Assembly: GCA_965198225.1 (NCBI GenBank)
Contig: CBDAOY010000009.1
Span: forward strand, 224,001 to 288,000
Origin: Terriglobia bacterium
GTDB lineage: Bacteria; Acidobacteriota; Terriglobia; 20CM-2-55-15
Length of the DNA stretch: 64,000 nt
Reading direction: 5' to 3'
Shown: positions 18,511-27,218 of the stretch, piece after piece
How the letters are laid out: every line of letters begins with the position of its first letter
Position numbering within the stretch: the stretch's first letter is position 1
The notes under the pieces: model-generated
The model's input: only the letters and a program-made list of their open reading frames with translations
What the model was told of the DNA's origin: nothing
Database searches by the model: none
Program-made: the position numbers and the translations under genes

Positions 18511-20073
18511 ATGGGTAATATGAAATCTGAAGTCTTTCGACAGGAACTCACCCCGATCCATTTTCTCGAGCGCGCCGGAGAAGTGTACGCCGACCGCGTG
18601 GCCGTCGTCGATGGCGAAGTCCGCTACGACTGGCGCACGATGCGGGCCCGCTCGCGGCGGCTCGCTTCCGCGCTCCGGGCATCCGGGCTCGAGAAGGGCG
18701 ATCGCGTCGCGTTTCTGGCAGTGAACTCCGAACCGCTTCTGCTGGCGCACTTCGGAGTACCGCTCGCCGGCGGCGTGTTGGTGGCCGTCAACATCCGTCT
18801 TTCTCCTGAGGAAATCAACTACATCATCACGCAGTCCGGATCGACGATGATTTTTTACAGCCCGGAGCTCGAACACCTGCTCTCAAAGGTGTCGACCGAC
18901 ATCAAACGAATCGACACGGCAGCCGGTTTCGACAACCTGCTGAACCGGGGTGGCGAGGGAGCCATCGAGTTGCGGCTTGACGACGAATACGACCTGATTT
19001 CCATCAACTACACGTCGGGCACGACCGGTCGGCCCAAGGGAGTGATGTATCACCATCGGGGCGCCTACTTGAACGCCCTGGCCATGGCGCTGGACCATCA
19101 TCTCACCGCTGACAGCGAGTATCTCTGGACACTCCCGATGTTCCACTGCAACGGCTGGACTTTCGCCTGGGCCCTGGCGGCGGTCGGAGCCCGGAGCATC
19201 TGCATCCCGAAAATCGATCCTGCCCGGACATGGCAGCTCTTCGGCACGGGCGTGACGCACTTCTGCGCCGCGCCCACGGTGCTGACCATGCTCGCGAACG
19301 ATCCGGCTGCCCATCGACTCACGCGACCCGTCCGGCTGTTCACCGCCGGCGCCCCGCCCTCGCCGACCCTCATCGAACAGATGTCGGATCTGAATTTCCA
19401 ACTGGATCACGTCTACGGCCTGACGGAAACCTACGGGCCTTTCACCATCAAGATTCCACCTGTCGGATTCGAGAACCTCGGAGTCGAAGAACAGGCCCGC
19501 CTCCGATCTCAGCAGGGGCTGCCAAACGTCTGCGCTGGGGAGGTGCGTGTGGTGGACGGTGCGATGAACGACGTGCAAGCGGACGGCCGGTCGATGGGAG
19601 AGGTCGTCATGAGGGGCAACGTGGTGATGAAAGGTTACTTCGACGATCCGGACGCGACCGCGACAGCTTTCGATCGAGGCTGGTTTCACAGCGGAGACAT
19701 CGCCGTCCGTCATCCGGACGGGTCGATCGAGCTCCGGGACCGCAAGAAGGACATCATCATTTCGGGCGGCGAGAACATCAGTACGGTTGAAGTGGAACAG
19801 GCCGTGGTCAGCCATCCGGCGGTCATGGAATGCGCGGTGATTCCGATACCTCACGAGAAATGGGGCGAGGTCCCGAAAGCGTTCGTCACCCTGAAACCGA
19901 ACGCGCAAGCTAGGGCGGAAGCCATCATCGAACACTGCCGAACACGCCTCGCCCGCTTTAAGGTTCCGAAGGCGATCGAGTTCGGCGACCTGCCCAAGAC
20001 CTCGACGGGCAAGATTCAGAAGTACGTCCTGCGCAAGCGTGAATGGGCGGGGCGCGACAGGGCGATCAACTGA
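18511..20073 (+). CDS. Acyl-CoA synthetase (AMP-binding)
   Basis: YTSGTTGRPKG, YGLTET, GWFHSGD, KDIIISGGENI and PKTSTGK. Confidence 0.95.
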   Translation: MGNMKSEVFRQELTPIHFLERAGEVYADRVAVVDGEVRYDWRTMRARSRRLASALRASGLEKGDRVAFLAVNSEPLLLAHFGVPLAGGVLVAVNIRLSPEEINYIITQSGSTMIFYSPELEHLLSKVSTDIKRIDTAAGFDNLLNRGGEGAIELRLDDEYDLISINYTSGTTGRPKGVMYHHRGAYLNALAMALDHHLTADSEYLWTLPMFHCNGWTFAWALAAVGARSICIPKIDPARTWQLFGTGVTHFCAAPTVLTMLANDPAAHRLTRPVRLFTAGAPPSPTLIEQMSDLNFQLDHVYGLTETYGPFTIKIPPVGFENLGVEEQARLRSQQGLPNVCAGEVRVVDGAMNDVQADGRSMGEVVMRGNVVMKGYFDDPDATATAFDRGWFHSGDIAVRHPDGSIELRDRKKDIIISGGENISTVEVEQAVVSHPAVMECAVIPIPHEKWGEVPKAFVTLKPNAQARAEAIIEHCRTRLARFKVPKAIEFGDLPKTSTGKIQKYVLRKREWAGRDRAIN

Positions 20074-20118
20074 TGCTCAAATCTGTTTCGGCCGCTCTTT
20101 GGAGACGAGTAAGATAAC

Positions 20119-20770
20119 GTGAACCATCCAAGAGATAGTACCCGAATCCTACACGATCGAGAACGAGCATATGCGGATCTATTCCGACGGTCTGAACATC
20201 TTCGATCATGCCGTCAACCAGCCGCCCGAGATTCCGCCCAACACACAGTGGCGTTACCGCAACAGCGACCCCCTGACGCTGGGAAAGATCATCCGGGAAA
20301 CCGTCGAAGCGCGGGGTGAAAGCTACCTCCAGTTTCCGCAGAAGGCGCTGTTCGACCGGATCGGTGCGCGCAACTTCGTACTCGAGACCGACGCGTGGGG
20401 CAACTTCATCATGACCGGCTACGACTACGGGGCGGCGCGGGACTGGGCCCGGTTCGGGCTGCTGCACCTCTGGGATGGCGTCTGGAGGGGCGAACGGATC
20501 CTGCCCGAAGGTTGGGTGGATTTCATTTCCACACCCGCTCCGGCCGATGAGAGCACAGGCTACGGGGGCCTCTTCTGGCTGAACCGGGGCGGCGCCATGG
20601 GTCGTATTCCCGCAGACGCGTTCTGGGCTTCAGGGTTCATGGGTCAGACAACGATGGTCATCCCGTCCCGGAACCTCGTTCTCGTCCGGATGGGCCCCAG
20701 CCCGGGGGGCTCGGACGGCTATATCAATGAGCTCGTCGGCCGGATACTCGAAGCGCTGCCTCCCGGATAG
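20119..20770 (+). pseudogene. Serine hydrolase lacking its N-terminal half
   Basis: From about 20141 matches the C-half of 7388-8905 (YRNSDP, FPQKALFD, ARDWARFG); no SxxK; stop at 20137 in that frame. Confidence 0.75.
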
Positions 20771-20775
20771 GAGCG

Positions 20776-21105
20776 ATGGCATACGACGAAACAGTCACGC
20801 GCCGCCTGCGGGCGGCGATGGACGCTGAAGGGAACGTCGTCGAGAAGAAGATGTTCGGCGGCCTGGCGTTCATGATCGGCGGCAACATGTGCTGCGGAGT
20901 CACCGGTGACGAGTTGATGGTCCGTGTCGGAGGTCAGACCTACGAAGACGCTTTAGATCTTCCACACGCGAGAGAGATGGATTTCACAGGCCGACCACTG
21001 AAGGGGTTTGTTTACGTGGCGTCGGAGGGTTTCGCTGCCGAGGCGGACCTGAACGCCTGGGTCGCACGCGGAATCGCTTTTGCGAAAAGCCTGCCCCCGA
21101 AGTAG
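20776..21105 (+). CDS. TfoX N-terminal domain family protein
   Basis: MAYDE..EKKMFGGLAFM...MDFTGRPLKGFVYV. Confidence 0.9.
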   Translation: MAYDETVTRRLRAAMDAEGNVVEKKMFGGLAFMIGGNMCCGVTGDELMVRVGGQTYEDALDLPHAREMDFTGRPLKGFVYVASEGFAAEADLNAWVARGIAFAKSLPPK

Positions 21106-21140
21106 CGCAGCAGGGTCGGACGGACGAGAGGAGAAGCGTA

Positions 21141-21494
21141 ATGATCAAAGGCGTTCACACGATGTTCTATTCTTCCCAGGCTGAGGAGTTGCGCGCGTTC
21201 ATACGCGACAAACTGGGGTTCCCGTATACCGATGTCGGCGAAGGGTGGCTCATATTCAACGCGCCCGAAGCCGACATGGGCTGCCACCCGTCCGGCACGG
21301 AAGACGGCAAGACTTCCGGCACCCACGCTATTTCCTTCTACTGCGACAACATCGAAGACACCGTGCGTGAACTGAAGGACCGGGGCGTCGAGTTCGTCGA
21401 GGGCATTTCGGATCAGGGATTCGGCCTGGTAACCCACTTTCGGATGCCGGGCGACGTGATCGTCCAGCTATACCAGCCGCACTATTCGAAGTAA
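21141..21494 (+). CDS. VOC/glyoxalase family protein
   Basis: IKGVHTMFYS, DVGEGWLIF and ISFYCDNIE. Confidence 0.85.
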   Translation: MIKGVHTMFYSSQAEELRAFIRDKLGFPYTDVGEGWLIFNAPEADMGCHPSGTEDGKTSGTHAISFYCDNIEDTVRELKDRGVEFVEGISDQGFGLVTHFRMPGDVIVQLYQPHYSK

Positions 21495-21501
21495 GGGTGG
21501 T

Positions 21502-21810
21502 TTGAATCAGGAGTTGGACAGGTTGTGGAAGGACCCGCGAAACTGGCGGGGCGGGTTCATCTACCACTGCGCCGAAGACTCGCGGTTGATCGTCAGCCAG
21601 AGGTCGGCCTGGGCCGGATACAGCTTCAACCACGCCCACCGTGCTGCTCTACCGGCGCTGTTCGGATTCCTGGCAGCCATGGGAGCCCCGTTTCTGTTCC
21701 TGGTCTGGATGGACTTGCCATGGAGCGCCGTCTGGGCCCTGCTGACTTTCACGCTGGCGATCGTGCTGCTCAGCGCGATCTGTCATTGGGAGTTCACACG
21801 ACCGAGATGA
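21502..21810 (+). CDS. DUF5808-like membrane protein
   Basis: DPRNWRGGFIY..DSRLIV...GYSFNHAH plus 2 TM segments; TTG start. Confidence 0.65.
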   Translation: MNQELDRLWKDPRNWRGGFIYHCAEDSRLIVSQRSAWAGYSFNHAHRAALPALFGFLAAMGAPFLFLVWMDLPWSAVWALLTFTLAIVLLSAICHWEFTRPR

Positions 21811-21938
21811 GGCGTGGTAACCATTAGAGAGGAGAGCAAATGCGAATACTCGTCGATATCGATGAGCGTCCGATACCCAGTGGGGCGGTTAGAAAGGGAA
21901 TTCCGGCACGCCTGAGACAACGAGATTCAAGGGTCGGT

Positions 21939-22004
21939 GTAGGTGCGCTCTATGAGCGCACAAGACAGTGAGAGAAGATGTGCGGTCATAGACCGCACCT
22001 ACAC
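21939..22004. repeat. GTAG-type REP inverted pair (family A)
   Basis: GCTC variant on + at 21939-21961; GGTC variant on - at 21980-22002. Confidence 0.9.
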
Positions 22005-22123
22005 GAGCGTGGGGGGACCGGCCGGCGCCTGCGCTCCGTCGACGTCGGATTCCGCATCCCCGTTAGTGCTCTCTCGCGGACCAGGCCAGGGGGGGCGGTG
22101 GGCCCGACGCTAATAGATGTTCT

Positions 22124-23380
22124 TTACTCGATGGACGCGATCACCTTGCCGATGAAGTTGTCCAGCGCCGGCCCGCCACGGATCCACCGGACGACGACGA
22201 CCAGGTCGTTCTCCCAATCGATGTAGATGACGTTGCTGCCTGAACCGACGAAGCGCACGGAGCTTTCCGGGGCGCTCGGCAGCGACCGCCGTAGCGTACC
22301 GTCCGGGCGGGCCACCGCCGGGTTCAGGAACCAGTTCATGAACCCGTAGGACGGGTTGGCGGTCCCGGGTGTTCGAGCCATGTCGATCCACTCGGTCGAG
22401 ACGATCCGGCGGTCCTTCCACTTCCCGTTCCGCAGGAACAGGTATCCGAATCGCGCCATGTCATGGGCGTTGATGAACATCCCTCCGCCCCAATGCCCAC
22501 CTCCAGTCACTGACTGCATCTGCTGGCCGTCGAGCATGACCCAGGAGTTCTCGTAGCCATGCCACCGCCAGGTGTTGGACGCCTCGATCGGATTCATGAG
22601 CTCGTCGCGCAGCACCTGCGGCAGCGGCTTCCTGAAGACGTTTAACGCGGCCAGTGCGAGGATGTTGACCCGTACGTCGTTGTACTTGTAGACCGTGCCG
22701 GGCTCGTTGAGCGGCATGTTCGGCCAATCTTTCTTATCCACGTCCCGCGGAGGCCGGTCCGCCCATGCCCGCTTGCCCCACAGCGTCCCTCGCCAGTCAC
22801 TGGTCTGGCGCAGCAGGTGGTCCCAGGTGATCTTGGCGTTGTGTTCGGAGTCGAACAGAGTGTCGTCCGGCATGTAGTCCACTGCCCGATTGTGAATGTC
22901 CTGGATCAGCCCTTTCTGCCAGGCAAGGCCGACGGTAGTCGACAGGAAGGTCTTCGTGACACTGAAAGTCATGTCGACCTGCTTCGTGTCCCCCCATTCG
23001 GCGACGATATATCCGTTGCGGATCACCATTCCGCTCAACGGGGCGCGGGTTTTCGTCGGACCGATTGCCTCGGCGAACGGTTCGACCATCCGGGTCTCGA
23101 GATAAAACCCGAGATCCTTCGGATTGGAGCTTTCGCTCGCGATCGCCATCTCGACCGCCTCGTTCAGGATGGCGGAGCTCATGCCGACTTCTTCGGGCGT
23201 CTTCTTTTCCCAGGTGTGTCGAGACGGGTAATAGGTGTCGCCTTGCCCCTGGCCGGACTGGGCGAGGGCAACGCCGGGCCAGTTCACCGCTGCGGTCGCA
23301 ACGAGGAGCGCGGTCAGCGACACGACCACGGCCGTGCGCCGGCCCTTGATGCCGACGCTCCAGGTCGACGTGATTCTCAT
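22124..23380 (-). CDS. Serine hydrolase (beta-lactamase family), exported
   Basis: FSVTK, YKYND and GGHWGGGM; signal ending ALA-Q; AGGAGG RBS. Confidence 0.9.
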   Translation of the reverse strand: MRITSTWSVGIKGRRTAVVVSLTALLVATAAVNWPGVALAQSGQGQGDTYYPSRHTWEKKTPEEVGMSSAILNEAVEMAIASESSNPKDLGFYLETRMVEPFAEAIGPTKTRAPLSGMVIRNGYIVAEWGDTKQVDMTFSVTKTFLSTTVGLAWQKGLIQDIHNRAVDYMPDDTLFDSEHNAKITWDHLLRQTSDWRGTLWGKRAWADRPPRDVDKKDWPNMPLNEPGTVYKYNDVRVNILALAALNVFRKPLPQVLRDELMNPIEASNTWRWHGYENSWVMLDGQQMQSVTGGGHWGGGMFINAHDMARFGYLFLRNGKWKDRRIVSTEWIDMARTPGTANPSYGFMNWFLNPAVARPDGTLRRSLPSAPESSVRFVGSGSNVIYIDWENDLVVVVRWIRGGPALDNFIGKVIASIE

Positions 23381-23479
23381 AGAGCCTCCTGTTTCGTTGC
23401 AGGTTTTGTCCGAATCGAATCCTAACACCCGCAGACCAATCCCGCACCGCTATTCGAAACCGGACACGGTGACGGTAAT

Positions 23480-23623
23480 ATGGACATGATGAATGGCGCC
23501 GACGTTGAGGACAATGAGTCTACCCTCGGCACAGTCGCCGGCGATGTGGCGCACATCCTCGCGATCTGTAAGGAGTCGATGGAGGCAAGCTACCAATCCT
23601 TCATCGACACAGATCGGACGTGA
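23480..23623 (+). pseudogene. Possible N-terminal fragment of a GNAT gene
   Basis: 47-aa ORF with DVAHILAICKESMEASYQSFID resembling the first GNAT helix. Confidence 0.3.
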
Positions 23624-23650
23624 CAAGTTGTCTGACGAAAAGGTTACTTG

Positions 23651-24820
23651 ATGACTGACATACGCATCGGGCTTCTCGCTTCTCACAATGGCACAACGAT
23701 TCAAGCGATTCTCGATGCTGTCAGCGGTCGGCGGCTCGACGTCGAGCCTGCAGTCGTGATCAGCAACAATAGTCAGTCCGGCGCAATCGTGCGCGCCCGC
23801 GACAACGGTGTTCCGGCAATCCACATCAGCGGAAGAACACATCCCGACACACGGGAGGAGGACTCAGCGCTCTGTCAGGCACTGGCCGACCACGGGGTCG
23901 ATCTGGTGTTCCTGGCAGGCTACATGAAGAGATTGGGTCCGTTGACCCTTGCCCGCTTCCGCGGGCAAATCCTGAACACGCATCCCGCCCGGTTGCCGAA
24001 GTTCGGGGGAAAGGGAATGTACGGAAGCCGTGTTCACGAAGCCGTTTTAGCTTCCGGCGATAGGACAACCGGCGTTTCGATTCACATCGTCGACGCCGAC
24101 TACGACACGGGCCAGGTGATTGCGCGGCGCGAGGTGGCGGTGATGGCCGATGACAACCCGGAGACCTTGGCAGCCAGGGTCCGGGAACGGGAGCGAGAAT
24201 TTGTGGTCGAAACCATACAAGCCATCGCGATGGGTCGGATCAACCTCCCCGGATACTCCCATGGAGGGCGAGGCCGGCGCCTGCACGACGACCCGCCACG
24301 AGCGAGTACCGTCACTATCGCCGACTACGATCGGCGATGGACGATGCTTTTTGATCAAGAGAAGACCAGGCTGGCTCGCATTATTCCAGAATCGATGATC
24401 GAGCACATTGGAAGCACCTCCGTGGCGGGCCTGGCGGCGAAGCCGGTCGTCGATATAATGTTAGGCGTCGATCAACTTCCACGGATTGAACGGGCGCTGC
24501 CGCAACTCGAGGCAAGCGGTTACGAGTACGTGCCGGAATATGAGGTCTATCTTCCCGAGAGGCGGTATTTCCGCGGCTCAGTCGAAGGCACCCGGACCCA
24601 TCTGCACGGGGTGGAGCTTCAGGGGGATTTCTGGATCCGCCATCTCGCGTTCCGCGATTACCTCAGACGCACTCCTCAAAGAGCGACCGAATACGCAAAC
24701 CTCAAGCGACGCCTGGCCGAACAATACCGTACGGACTCGATGGGCTACACCGAGGCGAAGTCCGAATTCATCGAAAGTTGCCTTAAGCACGCCGGAGGTG
24801 TCTCAGAAGAGGCCGAGTGA
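23651..24820 (+). CDS. purN: Phosphoribosylglycinamide formyltransferase fused in frame to a GrpB (UPF0157) domain
   Basis: LAGYM, ILNTHP..LPKFGGKGMYG and YDTG, then IEHIGSTSV.GLAAKPVVDI and HLAFRDYLR. Confidence 0.75.
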   Translation: MTDIRIGLLASHNGTTIQAILDAVSGRRLDVEPAVVISNNSQSGAIVRARDNGVPAIHISGRTHPDTREEDSALCQALADHGVDLVFLAGYMKRLGPLTLARFRGQILNTHPARLPKFGGKGMYGSRVHEAVLASGDRTTGVSIHIVDADYDTGQVIARREVAVMADDNPETLAARVREREREFVVETIQAIAMGRINLPGYSHGGRGRRLHDDPPRASTVTIADYDRRWTMLFDQEKTRLARIIPESMIEHIGSTSVAGLAAKPVVDIMLGVDQLPRIERALPQLEASGYEYVPEYEVYLPERRYFRGSVEGTRTHLHGVELQGDFWIRHLAFRDYLRRTPQRATEYANLKRRLAEQYRTDSMGYTEAKSEFIESCLKHAGGVSEEAE

Positions 24821-24821
24821 G

Positions 24822-25667
24822 ATGACCGACAAGCCGACCACTCTCGTTTCCGTCCACGGAGGCCACAGCGCCGAGTTCTGCAGTCACGCCCAAGACACTC
24901 TCGAGGAAGTCATCCGAGCCTACATCGAACGGGGGTTCTCCTGGGTCGGCATCACCGAGCACATGCCGGCGATCCGGGACGAATTGGTCCCCGACGAGGA
25001 AAAGGAGGCCGGTCTCGACTCGGCTGGCATGTACGAACGGTTCGCACGCTACATCGCGACGTGCCGGACACTGCAGCAAAAGTATGCCGCAAGCCTGGAC
25101 ATCCTTGTGGGCTTCGAAACCGAGACATGTGAGGGATACGAAAGCTTCGTCGGAAACCTCCGGAACGAGTTCAAGCCGGACTACATCGTCGGATCCGTGC
25201 ACCATGTCGACGATATCTCCATCGACACGTCCCGGGAGCTGTACGAACGGGCGGCCGGAGGGCGTGGCGGCATCGATGGCCTCTACTGCGCGTATTTCGA
25301 CCACCAGTACGAGATGATCCGGGCCCTACACCCTGCGGTCGTCGGACACTTCGACCTGATACGGATCTTCGACCCGGGCTACAGCGAGCGACTCGAGCGA
25401 CCCGAGATCCGGAAGAGGGTCGAGCGCAACCTTGCGGCGGTCCGGGAACTGGACCTCATACTGGACTTCAATGTCCGCGCGATGACGAAAGGTCAGTCCG
25501 AACCCTACATCGCGCCTTCGATCCTTCGGGCCGCCCAGAACATGGGGATCGCCGTCGTGCCCGGTGACGATTCGCACGGCGTGAGGAATGTCGGACGCTA
25601 CTGCGATGAAGGCGTTCGCATCCTTGCGGAATACGGCTTCGAGACGGCCTGGCGCAAGCCCGTCTAA
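24822..25667 (+). CDS. Histidinol-phosphatase, PHP (HisJ) family
   Basis: SVHGGHS..FCSHA, GITEH, GSVHH, GHFDL and GDDSH. Confidence 0.85.
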   Translation: MTDKPTTLVSVHGGHSAEFCSHAQDTLEEVIRAYIERGFSWVGITEHMPAIRDELVPDEEKEAGLDSAGMYERFARYIATCRTLQQKYAASLDILVGFETETCEGYESFVGNLRNEFKPDYIVGSVHHVDDISIDTSRELYERAAGGRGGIDGLYCAYFDHQYEMIRALHPAVVGHFDLIRIFDPGYSERLERPEIRKRVERNLAAVRELDLILDFNVRAMTKGQSEPYIAPSILRAAQNMGIAVVPGDDSHGVRNVGRYCDEGVRILAEYGFETAWRKPV

Positions 25668-25687
25668 AAAAAGGGGCAGAGCCCCCT
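25667..25687 (-). terminator. Intrinsic terminator-like hairpin (T-tract on the - strand)
   Basis: A7 followed by GGGGC-AGA-GCCCC. Confidence 0.4.
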
Positions 25688-25751
25688 GAATTCTGATCGG
25701 TGCTTGACTGATCGAGCGTCCGGCCGTACCTTCCCCTTAAAGGAAACCTGC

Positions 25752-26402
25752 ATGAGTCAGACCACCGCACTCGAGGGACGACCGATTTCCTGGACCGGGC
25801 TAATCGCCCTGGGACTCGGCTCCGTAATGGCGGTCGCGTTCATCGCGGGCTTCGCCGTGCCGTAGCTGATGTTCAGCGCAGAAGTGCTGGAGCGGTTTGC
25901 GGGGCGGGAGCCGTGGGTATTCGCGCACGTCCTGGGCGGTTCGATCGCGTTGGTCATTGGCCCCGTGCAGATCTGGTACGGGTTGAAACGACGCCGGCTC
26001 AGACTCCACCGCTTGCTCGGCTTCGCCTACCTGGCGACGGTCGGCCTCGGTTGCGTCGCCGCCTTCTACCTGGCATTCACGACCGAGATCAGCTGGGTGT
26101 TCGGCATGGGCCTTGGCGGGCTGGCCGTGGCCTGGGTCATCACGACCGGGATGGCTTTCATAGCGATCAAGAAGCGGTTGATCATCCAGCATCAGGAGTG
26201 GATGATCCGCAGCTACGTAACGACGTTCGGGTTCGTGACGTTTCGCGTGATGGTCGGGATCTTCCAGGTGACGGGGGTGGGCACGCTCTTCGAACAACTG
26301 GTTGCAGCCAGCTGGTTCTGTTGGGCGGTCCCGCTGCTGATCACCGAAGCGATCATTCAAGGCCGCAAGGTCCTCGGATCGGCCCAGACGCACAGCACCT
26401 GA
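25752..26402 (+). pseudogene. DUF2306 membrane protein with in-frame TAG at 25863-25865
   Basis: AAGGA RBS, ATG 25752, TM helix, FAVP*LMF, then AHVLGG, LHRLLGFAY and HQEWMIRSY. Confidence 0.7.
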
Positions 26403-26411
26403 CGACTCACG

Positions 26412-26789
26412 ATGCCGCATCTGACTCTCGAACACACGGGAAACGTCGATCCCAACGTCGAGTTCGAAGCCGTTTTTCTTCGCTTGCATTCCGTCCTCGC
26501 CGATGCGGGCATCAAGCTGGCCAACTGCAAGAGTCGTGCCGCGGAACGCGATCGCTTCTGTGTCGCCGACGGCAGCCGGTCTTCCGCTTTCGTACACCTG
26601 GACGTGCGATTCATGGAGGGAATACCCGACGAATCGAAGCAGAAGATCGGACAAGGCACGCTCGCGGTACTGCAAGAATGCTTCAAGACGCCGGAGGGTA
26701 TCGACGATCTTCAAATTACCGTCGAGATCCGGGACATCCAACGCGACGCCTACTTCAAGTTCCCGGCGGGCACCCTGAATTATCGTTAG
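26412..26789 (+). CDS. 5-carboxymethyl-2-hydroxymuconate isomerase/tautomerase family
   Basis: N-terminal catalytic Pro (MPHLTLEH), KSRA and AFVHL. Confidence 0.85.
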   Translation: MPHLTLEHTGNVDPNVEFEAVFLRLHSVLADAGIKLANCKSRAAERDRFCVADGSRSSAFVHLDVRFMEGIPDESKQKIGQGTLAVLQECFKTPEGIDDLQITVEIRDIQRDAYFKFPAGTLNYR

Positions 26790-26850
26790 GCGTTTTTTGG
26801 GCGTTGCGCCCACAGGAGAGCTTTCACGTACGTCCTCGCGTAGTCGAAAG

Positions 26851-26890
26851 CCCGGGGACAGGGCCAGGCCCCCCTCACATGGTTTCTCTC
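26851..26890. repeat. Palindromic repeat family B (GGGGACAGGGC..GCCCTGTCCCC), degenerate copy
   Basis: Matches copies at 28878, 37472 and 60882, including flanks. Confidence 0.7.
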
Positions 26891-26924
26891 ACGGACCACT
26901 TGGCGAAACGAAAGCTGACGAGAA

Positions 26925-27191
26925 TCAGTGAACTCGGTAGGACGGGTCGACCTGAGAAGCGGAAAGGCTGGTTACGATATCGATCCGGTAGAGCAGGTGG
27001 CTGGCGAGTTCCTCAAAATTATCAACCTGCGAGATCTTGTCCATCTCGTCGATGATTTTGTCCAGGACCGATTCGATCTCTTCGTAGGTCTGTTCGGCGA
27101 AGAAAGCGCGTTGGTGTTCGAGCCGGGATCTGTGCCGAATGAACTCCTGGCGATAGAAATCTGAAATCTGTTTCTTGCGCTCAACGCCCAT
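26925..27191 (-). CDS. Small helical hypothetical protein
   Basis: 88 aa of normal composition downstream of gatB; TATAGT 9 nt before ATG. Confidence 0.65.
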   Translation of the reverse strand: MGVERKKQISDFYRQEFIRHRSRLEHQRAFFAEQTYEEIESVLDKIIDEMDKISQVDNFEELASHLLYRIDIVTSLSASQVDPSYRVH

Positions 27192-27218
27192 TTGCCCGCG
27201 ACTATACCCCCAAAAATT

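Noticed and set aside
25863-25865. Pyrrolysine insertion at TAG
   Set aside because: Membrane protein with Tyr expected, a single base change explains it, no pyl genes seen, and TAG is a normal stop elsewhere
1-26789. Classical integron cassette array
   Set aside because: Gene families fit, but I found no recurring RYYYAAC...GTTRRRY attC sites, many genes overlap, and no intI is present; one GTTAGGC near 26785 is insufficient
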